DNA from: Kudoa neothunni
Lineage: Eukaryota > Animalia > Cnidaria
Direction of reading: 5' to 3'
NCBI GenBank assembly: GCA_964304625.1
Contig: OZ199838.1
Coordinates: 2,293,329 to 2,357,328 of the forward strand
DNA length: 64,000 nucleotides
The position numbers and the translations under genes are program-made. The notes beneath the pieces are model-generated. The model was not told where the DNA came from and made no database searches. It worked only from the letters and a program-made list of their open reading frames with translations. Below, in pieces: positions 53,044-64,000 of the stretch. Within the stretch, counting starts at the first letter, position 1. Each line of letters begins with the position of its first letter.

Positions 53044-54160
53044 ATGCTGAAATTAGCTCAACAAATTCCAAACAAATGCATTATAAACTGTAATATGAGG
53101 GATCAATTAAGGTCGATGGCCACTCTAAAAGACAGTATTTTCGCCAATACAAAATGCAGATGTTGTCTATGAGCATTATCTAGTTCGATATCGAATTCGA
53201 ACAATATCGAATATTCAGAAAATAACCAAATCAATGAAAATGGTTTCAGCTGCCAAGTATAATCGCTGTGAAAGAGAATTGCGAGCTGTCAAAGGTTTGG
53301 AAGATACCTTGAAGGGTTGTTTAACATGCTTTGTGATTGGGGTTTTGATTCGCACGTAGATTTTTCCTCCAACATCAAAATAGATGACTCGATTAAGACC
53401 CCCAAGCGCCTTCTTATTGCTGTCTCCTCTGATAGAGGTTTGTGTGGTGGAATCCATTCGTCCATCATCAAACACGTGAAGAATACTGTGATTGGTGGTG
53501 GATGTAGCAGTGAAGATACCAAGGTGGTTGCTGTTGGTGAGAAAATTAAGGCGGGACTCCAATCTCATATTCGTGAGTGTTTCGATACGCAGAATTAGAT
53601 GTTTGCGTGGTTGCTTTTATAATCTAAACTGTTGTTTGTAGCTGGACACATGTTGTTATCGGTGTCGGATGTGAGTAAGGTGAATATCACTCCTAATGAC
53701 GCTTTTCACATTTGTGAAGTAATAAATGAGACTGGTTTCGAATATGACGTGGCCGAAATTATCTACAATCGCTTTATTAGTGTGATCTCCCACCAAACAA
53801 CTGTTCAGAAGGTGTACAGTGACCGAGTATTAAAACTCATGAAAGATATATACGATTTCGATGATCTCACTGATGAGAGTTTGAAATCGGTGACCGACTT
53901 TCACTTGGCGTCAGCGTTATTTTATTCGTTCCGTCAATCTGCTGCAAGTGAGCAAAGTTCGCGTATGTCTGCTATGGAAAACGCTACGAAAAATGCCGGT
54001 ATTTTCCATTTCTAACTTGAATTAACTTACATTAAACATTGTAGATGAAATGTTACAAAAATTGTCACTGCTTTTCAACCGCACTCGACAAAGCATAATT
54101 ACCAGAGAGTTGATTGAGATTATCTCTGGTGCTTCTTCTTTGGAGTCCGATAAAAAATGA
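53044..54160 (+). CDS. ATP5F1C: Mitochondrial ATP synthase F1 gamma subunit
   Basis: Transit peptide then MATLKD|..[23 protein letters not shown]; [12 protein letters not shown]; [17 protein letters not shown]; [23 protein letters not shown]; TGA at 54158-54160. Confidence 0.96.
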
Positions 54161-54280
54161 ATTTATTAATTATTTTTACCGTCTTTAAATTTTTCCCTGG
54201 TTTTTTATCGCGCAAATAGGAATTAATGATTTTATCTGGGTTGGCGTTGACTTTAGCGTTGTTATATGGGTAAATTAGAC

Positions 54281-54965
54281 CAGTGTTTCCCAACCTTTTT
54301 TCTACCACGCCCATCTTTATTAAAATTATTGATTTTTTTAACTCGAACTGTGTATGACATTGAATAAAGCTCCCTATCACATTAAAATTTGAAAGCAATA
54401 GGTATATAATTTTTTCATTAAAATGTATTCGATTAGATCTAACTTAATGTATCGACGGACATTAAAAAGTAACATCTTTAGTTCTTCATTCCGTCCAATG
54501 AAACTCGTGGTAATCCAACCTCGATTAAGAAAGGCTCTCGTGTATATGGGTGTTAGAAACCTCAAAAAAAATAATATATAGAGAAAATTAATTAATATTA
54601 TATTAGATGCAATCAAAAGCAGGGAAGATCACAATTATAAATGAGAAAAGATTCAGGTAGAAACAGTCCCGCTTCTATTTGGGTAAAATCATGATAAATG
54701 TTACTGTATCGTTTTATATAATTAATCATTGCTTTGGTATTTATTTGTTTGTTTATGATATTCATGGTTACTAACAAATAAACGAGATTAAAAAATCGAG
54801 GTATTGATCTTATGGTGTCCCACATTGTCCAATAACCGAACCACTACAATCCTTGCCATATACCTGCTCAGGATTTTCCGAGTCCCACCTGAAACGTTCA
54901 TTAAATGTTCGAAAATTTCTATGCCCCATCAAAATTTTTCCAAGCCCCCACGTTGAGAAACACTG
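54281..54965. mobile_element. hAT (Charlie-like) MITE
   Basis: CAGTGTTTCCCAACC at the left and CGTTGAGAAACACTG at the right. Flanks aattagac and atatagtc (eroded 8-bp TSD). Same terminal type as 7910-10227. Confidence 0.75.
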
Positions 54966-55918
54966 ATATAGTCAAATTGTAATCCTACCTAATTTAAAAT
55001 ATCTTACTTGTATATTAAAAATTCTTTATAATAAATTCTAATTGAAAGACGTAAAAATATTAAAATTATTTAATTTAAAAAGTAATCTTCTAGCGAATAT
55101 ACAACATTTTTTAACTTCAGAAAAGTAATTTTAGTGCTGAAATACCATAATAGTATTTTAAATAATTAACTGGACCATCGTAATTTTCTAAATTTCTATG
55201 GATGCGTGAATAAACAAAACTAATGAATTTTTCGCTATATATTATTATAAATATATATTGGATTAAAACTCGCATATTATCGATTATCGCATCATATTTG
55301 CTGCTTAATAATTTTTACAGATACGATTAAAAATAATGAATATTATAAAAAATATCAATATATGCATTTTTCACTCAAAATAATTCTCCTCGATGATTTA
55401 AGACTTATGACTTAAGATTTACTTATGACTTACATATGTGTTATGATTTAGCTTGGGGTGGTGAGAAATAATAATAGATTTATGTACCTAGATGTTGAAA
55501 AGTGCAGAACAGAATAACAAATGAATTCATCATTTTATATAATAATTTGGACGGATTTATACAACATGAATGAAGTTATTAATATACTAATAACTTATCT
55601 CGCACACTCTATCGTCCTATTATACAACCGTCATCTAGTGTGCGCATCCCATAATCCGAGAAATGAATTTCCTCTGAATCTCAATTAATATACGCTACAA
55701 CTGACCCATCAATAATCAGTATAATATTTATTTTGCAAACCAATTAAACAGTCCCTTTTGAGGCGCAACGAATTCCAATAACTCTATAAATAAACCAAAT
55801 ATTTAGCAGTTGACCATGCGAAACAGATACGCTTTTAATTTGGAGTGAATAAAAATATTACAGCATTTTAATGTCATTCCTGGAATGCGCACGCAGTTCG
55901 ATTATATATCGAACAAAG

Positions 55919-57791
<1,873 letters not shown>

Positions 57792-60517
57792 TTTGTCTGG
57801 CTAATCTTGATTTTATTGTGGTTTCGTGTCTTTTTCTCTTTGTATTTTTTTATTATAATGTTTTTTAAATTTTCTATATGGCTATTATAATCGTAGACAT
57901 TTTTCTTTCTACTCGTTAATTAAATAGTCGTATTCATGTTTGCCTGTCAATGAATGTTACATTTCTTGGCTACTTTTGCAACCTAATTGAACTTGGCTCT
58001 ATAATAATGAGCGTCTTGTTCGTCATATGTGAGAATTATTGATTCACACCAACTTTTATTATCGAATATTCAATAATAACTATATTATAAATGGCCAGAA
58101 ATTATCAGAAATATGTATTCGGAGTGATTTTTCGTGTGCAATAAGGTATTAAGCAAGAATTTTTTCGTATTAGTTTTATTACGAACGAGTGGTTCGTTGA
58201 TGACATGTAGATATAATTTGAATATATTTTTATTTATCATGTTATAAGTCAGACCCATACCCCTGCGCGTGAAAAGGTGGGTTTCACGTTAATTTTGAGG
58301 GGCAATAAAAATTAATCACGAACAAGTTAAAGATTTAGAATAATTACTTTTTTTATTCATTGTTTATTATATTTTTTGAAACGGTGTTCCACTTAATTAT
58401 TTTATTTGAACGAAATTAAACTTGAGTTATCGAATAAAGTTGATAAAGCTGATAAAGCTGATTTTCATGTATCTATTCATATTTATTGAATGACGTTAGC
58501 TGCATTTATTTTATATCTATTTAGAATTATAAAAGGATGGTAGAACATACGTGAAAGTAATTTTTATTAAATAACCTCTATAATTGATAATGGTGTTTTA
58601 ACGCGACAAGTAGAAATAATATCATATTAGCGCTTGTTACTTTTACAAAGAAAAAAGAAGTTAGACTGATAGGCTCAATTTCCGTTTTATTAAGTATTAT
58701 ACTATTATTCATCGTACCTCCTTATATTGTTTAAGTTTATTTTATCAATATTGATAAAATTAAATTTCATTAGCGCCGTTCACAAATAATTTATTTTCAA
58801 ACGACAATAATTTCTAAATATTCAATTTAAAAATTATATAGGCATAAGTTAATTCTGAAGTTTGTATATCGTTCAATTTAGAAGCAGAGAGTCAGTAGAG
58901 TTAACAGGTAAAACACTTTTTTTGTATATAAATTTTTAGGTCAATGTAATATGAAATATGTATGTAAAAAAGGTTGTTATTTGTGCAAATAATGTAAAAT
59001 TATTAAAATGAATTAATGTGAAATTTATGAAAAACTTTAATTTATCCATACATCCTTTAAATCATTCTAGAAAACACTTCGCAGTGCTTGGAATCGCTTC
59101 CTCAGCAATATTTTTCAAGATATTAAATGGATTGATCATACAAAAATTCAAAAATAAAATTTTAGTAATGTTGACAGTTTAAACTTTTAAATCCTAAAAT
59201 CTGGTATCAATCGCCATAGCCACTATTATTTATGTCAATATTTAGATGGTATTTTTCTATTGTTAAAATATTCATTCATTTTATTGTTTTACCTATTTTT
59301 TCTGAGTATTTAATTATTTATCATTATAATATGTTCTAATACATCGTAATTTTGTGGTTTTGAAACCTTAATTATGTTGATTCAGCAGTGTTATAGTAGA
59401 TATTTCTTTAAGGAGAAAAAATAACATGCTGCATTCATCCTAAAATTAATTTTACAAATAACGGTTGATGTGACTTTAGAAAAAAATAATTAAGTGGGAA
59501 ATTAGAGTTTTTCCAGTTAGAATTTATTATTTCGCCTAACAATAAATTCATTTCTCATAGTAAACTAATATGAGAATTTTTTGACATAAGCCAAAGAAAA
59601 AGCTAGAAAATAATATTTAATTACATTACTAAGTCAACCTTTCTTGTATAAGATAAAACAATAACTAACTGAACAATTTAATGTTAATCTTCTCAAAATC
59701 GCACTCCAATAAAGTCAAAATTTTTATTCGAAAATTTCATTAATTACCTTATTAATTTATTAATTTGTTATAACTTAGCAATAAGGTCATATTGTATTAC
59801 TTAAAGCAAATAAAATATTAACAAATTTGATATAAGATGAAATCAATCAAGAAAAAAAATCGAAGAGAGACGTTTATCGGCAATGGAAAAAAACACTACA
59901 TGTAATTCACATAAGCATTATTGTAATTTGGCTACCTCCGAAAAATTCTTAATTACTTATCTAATCATTACTGTTTGTGTACAACAATGGAGATTCTCTT
60001 TATACGAAAAAATAAAGAATTTCTATTATTGGATCCATAAATAACTATCTTTACTGCTTCCAAGGTTAAACAATCTGCTTAGTTGAATAATTCTGAACAA
60101 ACAAAACTATCATATTAATATACTCCCTGACCGACATTACTTTAATATTTCAAATCACAGTATCTTAAATTCGCAAACTATTTAATAATTATTTCGATAA
60201 GGCTTAAGCATTTATGAAATTTAATAGGGTTCTATTGGTTTTGCGGTAAAAATTATCCCCCGGTTCTCCATTTAATAACTTTTTATTTAATTATTGTTTC
60301 CAGTTTAACATTGAGATGTAGAGAAGAGTTAAAATATCGTAACAATAATCAATAAACAATCAAACCTCTCAAAAACTAATCTGCTTATAACAAATAAGCA
60401 TGGCAAGCGATAGACGTAAATATAGTTCACATTCTACGTAAAGAAGCGTAATAAAATTTGTATCTTCGTTTAAAAAATTAGTTATCCAAAGCTTAGAGCA
60501 GCAGAAAAAACAAACGA

Positions 60518-62085
60518 TTAAGACTTTTTTAGTAAAAACTTGGCCATTAAGTGACAAATTTCAAGTGGACTTAGAATATATTTTTGGAGTTCGTCTACAA
60601 CTTCGTCCTCAGTGATGTTTTCATAGATATCAGTTTCTAAAAATAGTAAATTTAAAGCTTAAAGCTAAACTAACAACTCTACCTCCTACAGTGACGACGC
60701 CGAGATATTCAAAGAATGTTGGATAAAGTTTGATTTTCTCATTTTTCCCCGCTACAATATCAATCCATTAAACCCCCTTTAATCAAAATTTTATCACTAT
60801 GATTGTAGTTCATATTTTTGGGAATAATAAACATATAGACACTGTCACTTGTGGGTGAATCATTTGACACTTTTCCAAAGGCCAAATTGTAGGGAACATT
60901 GTTCTCGGTGAAAAAGTCCAGCAATCTTATAATATCTCTAGAAAAGATCAAAAATGAAGCCAAATTTTCTCCACAACAAACCGGTTAGCGTTTATGGTAT
61001 TTTCATCAATATTGGACGTGGATTGGAAAAGGAGGCAGGTGAAAATGCCCATACGAATCAACTGCAATCCTGAGATTTCGTTATTTAACGATTCCAACAC
61101 TGTGAACTGTGGCAGAGAAAAGTTTTCATGAATGTGTAAATGAAAATGAAGATGGTTCACTGACGCGTAAGCTCCAAGTCCATTGAATCCGACAAAAGCC
61201 CTACATCCACGATATCCAAATCAGTCAACTGATTATAGTTTCAAGTCGTTTAGAACCTGTGATCCATATTTTTATAAAGTTGAAGAATTACGAGCAAGCT
61301 TTCTAGATTTACTCTCTACAATTATCAAATTAACATTCAAAAATAATCAACTCCAGCTTAACAACCGACCGGATACATCGAAATTGATTAAAGACCTGAG
61401 AGAAGAGTTTGGTGGGAAACGGAATAATCAAATAATGGTACATATTAGAAGGAGAAACATTGGCAGCGACAATCATTTTTGTGTGAGGTTCTGATATTGA
61501 TGTGTCGCTGAGGAACGGCGCTGATTTCACAAAATCAATAATACAAACAACTTCTTTGGGTTCTATTTGGGTGAAGTTAAATTGACCAACATCAAACAAC
61601 TCTTGAGTGGAGTTGATGACTTGAGGAGGTCTTCTATTAGAAAATCGATGACAATTCAACTAAATTGCGCAACTTATACTACCGGAAGAAATTTGATCAA
61701 TTAAACTAAGGTATATTTGTTTGCGTTTATATTCCACTTAATGGAAATAAAAAAAGACAATATTTACTTGAATTAAAAAACAATTCAAATCTGTTTTAAG
61801 CATTCTCATGGGCTGATCCCTTTCAATCACATATCTCAAAACGTTTTCCGTAATCAGTTCATTCCATCGCTCCACCATAAAATTACAAAAATCAAATGGT
61901 TCTCTTGTCTGGTGAAACAATTCATACCACTTAATATATCAACAATCTTTGGATGTTACTGTGTGGTGGTTGTTGGCGATGGTTGTATTACATCCGGAGT
62001 TATCGCTTTTCGTCATAATCGAATCTTCTCCCACATTGAACCACACACATTTTCCGGCTAACTTTTCAAAAAAAGGATGCTCCAT
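60518..62085 (-). CDS. GDPGP1: GDP-D-glucose phosphorylase 1
   Basis: WNELITENVLRY, LNCHRFSNRRPP, FDVGQFNFTQI, ANVSPSNMYHYLIIP, VGFNGLGAYASVNHLHFH (HIT-like HxHxH), NVPYNL, FFEYLGVV. Stop at 60520-60518. Confidence 0.9.
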
Positions 62086-63097
62086 TCAAATATTAATATA
62101 CTCCAACCAACAAATGTATGCACCCTAACTGATGATATGAATCGAACAATTCGAAATAAGCTCAAATATGATCCCGTATAAACTCGTGCTCTGTTGTATT
62201 AGCATGCCAACCGGTCGATACTGAGAGTTTCGATCTTGGATTAATAGGGATTGGATGCTTAGCAGAGTCGCGTAAACAGTTAAATCGAAATTTTGATGTG
62301 ATATACACATTTTGAACAACATTTTGAACAACATTTTGGGGAAGGTTTAAGGTCGCTATATAATTTGATTATTTGTTATGCGGTTATTCATGATGAGTTT
62401 GAATGTTTCTTTATTTGAATAAACATAAAGTGTCAATAAAGATGGTTAATCGCAGTTTCATTTATCTGTATTTGCTAATAGTTTATAGCACCTGCATCGA
62501 TATTAGCAATGTCCCGGAATCACATTAATACCTTGTAAGAAATATTGAAGATCGTGGCAATTCTCACGTATTATTATTATGTTAAAATAACCTTATATAT
62601 GACCACAAGCAACTATAAAACCCCATATTGGACACTTTGAAACCTTTTTAACTGTTATGGACAAGTAATTTCAGTGAATCCTTATGGATCAACGTCTATG
62701 CTTCTTTGAGTTGGCATAGGTATTGGATCATGATCTTTGATACGTGAAATTGTGCACTCGGTAGGATTAAATTTTGCTGTGAAAATATCCATAGTTTAAA
62801 CTTAATCCTCTGTTTGCAATGTGGCAAAATTAAAGACTGCTGCTATTGGCTCTCAGATTTAATCTTAAATATCTGTACCTTTTTGCACAGTTTTTTTAAA
62901 TCCCGTTGCTTACTAAACCCTAATATAGTTTGAATGTTAATTTCACACTGTGAAATCTTCCATAGCTATTTATTTCTAATCATTAATAACGAGAACGTAA
63001 GAGGAGGTTGGAGGTAATTGACCACAGAAAAGAAATGCTAGATGGGAACAAATTTGAACCAACTAATAGAAATTTTAATAATGCAGCCTAACCCAAA

Positions 63098-63145
63098 ATA
63101 TCCGGAAAATTTGGGACCAGTGATTTTCTTCCCGGTTAATCGAAG
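63098..63145 (+). mobile_element. Fragment of the same Tigger-like family as 29260-29894
   Basis: tatccggaaaatttgggaccagtgattttctt matches tatccggaaaatttgggaccggcgattttctt at about 29276. Confidence 0.6.
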
Positions 63146-64000
63146 ATAAACAAGATAGTGTCTCTTTCTACCACACCGGTGCTTGCACGGGGATTATAGG
63201 ATTATAATTATTTCGTTTTTTTTTCACTGGTTATTGCGCTTTCACAAACAAAATAGCCTGTACGAATAATAAAATATATTTTTCAGATATTATTTATGTA
63301 TGGAAAATGATTATAGATTATAAAAGTTAACTGTTATTTTGTTAAACATATGATCGATGTATATGTGCAAGGTTTATGATTTAGGAATGCGATAATAATT
63401 AGAGAAAATATTCATTTTATCAAAATGAATTTTAAGTCAGAATTCACAATAGCCAACCGAGTGTCTTCTCTTATAATCAACAATGTAAGGTGAACCCAAT
63501 AAGTAAAATTCAAAATTTAAAATTAAAATTACGAAATTTATTTTAACAATATAATTTGATGACGATATGTTAATATTATTTTGGGGCTCACGTTTAGTGA
63601 TAGTGAGTAGGTGATAATAAATTAATATGGCGGAAAGTGTACACAGATTATTGAAGGTCAATTCTCTTCATATACCGAAATGAAACGATGGCTTGATAAT
63701 TTTGTTAAAGTACTGTTACAAAAATGTTATTTCCTTACATTGAAATTAAGGAATCTGGTTTCTATAACAGAATTGGTAGGTGCATCAAATTTAAAAAATG
63801 AAGATAATCAGTTGGATAATGTTAATACTAACGAAGAAAAATTAATTTACAGATAGATTAAATATATCTGCCCACATGGCGACGTTAACCATTCAAAAAA
63901 CGTACATCTTCATCTTAGTACTCGCCATCAAAAGGTTGCCCGACATTTATTAACATATCTACTCAAAATGAAGCGTTTATGTGCTTAACTACAATCTAAC

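Noticed and set aside
55400-55435. Short gacttat(ga) tandem repeats as a CRISPR-like array
   Set aside because: Eukaryotic context, no spacers, and only 2-3 degenerate units.
62470-62900. Possible decayed transposase or gene on the minus strand (FIVACGH-like peptide)
   Set aside because: Multiple stops, and no motif I can assign with confidence.

Overview
This is eukaryotic, very AT-rich nuclear DNA. Genes are packed with tiny (about 35-60 nt) GT-AG introns, so the ORF track shows only exon fragments. The gene set (IgSF and FN3-like receptors, CUL3, CNDP2, SERAC1, GDPGP1), the fast-evolving proteins and the DNA-transposon types point to a compact-intron, fast-evolving animal. A myxozoan-like parasite is one possibility; that assignment is inference only. 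Hand-spliced gene models: (1) a ~2,000-aa type I surface protein built from cysteine-rich FN3-like modules (592-7666, -); (2) a highly divergent cullin-3 almost invisible in the ORF track (16012-23624, -), whose 4HB region cannot be threaded with canonical splice sites; (3) an 82-aa single-pass membrane protein ending in PPSY (27921-28212, -); (4) a 4-Ig type I receptor (31772-33959, +); (5) CNDP2; (6) a second, shorter paralog of the Cys-rich FN3-like surface protein (40919-43803, +); (7) SERAC1; (8) ATP synthase gamma; (9) PSMC5/Rpt6; (10) GDPGP1. Intergenic DNA holds decayed hAT, piggyBac, Tigger/pogo, Kolobok-like, foldback and Helitron/Helentron elements, including one nested insertion. 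The best candidate for an undescribed system is the paralogous surface-protein family. It has an apparently novel 4-Cys FN3-like domain, a one-module-per-exon phase-1 architecture, a six-domain super-repeat present three times in one gene and once in the other, and micro-exons at the membrane-proximal stalk.
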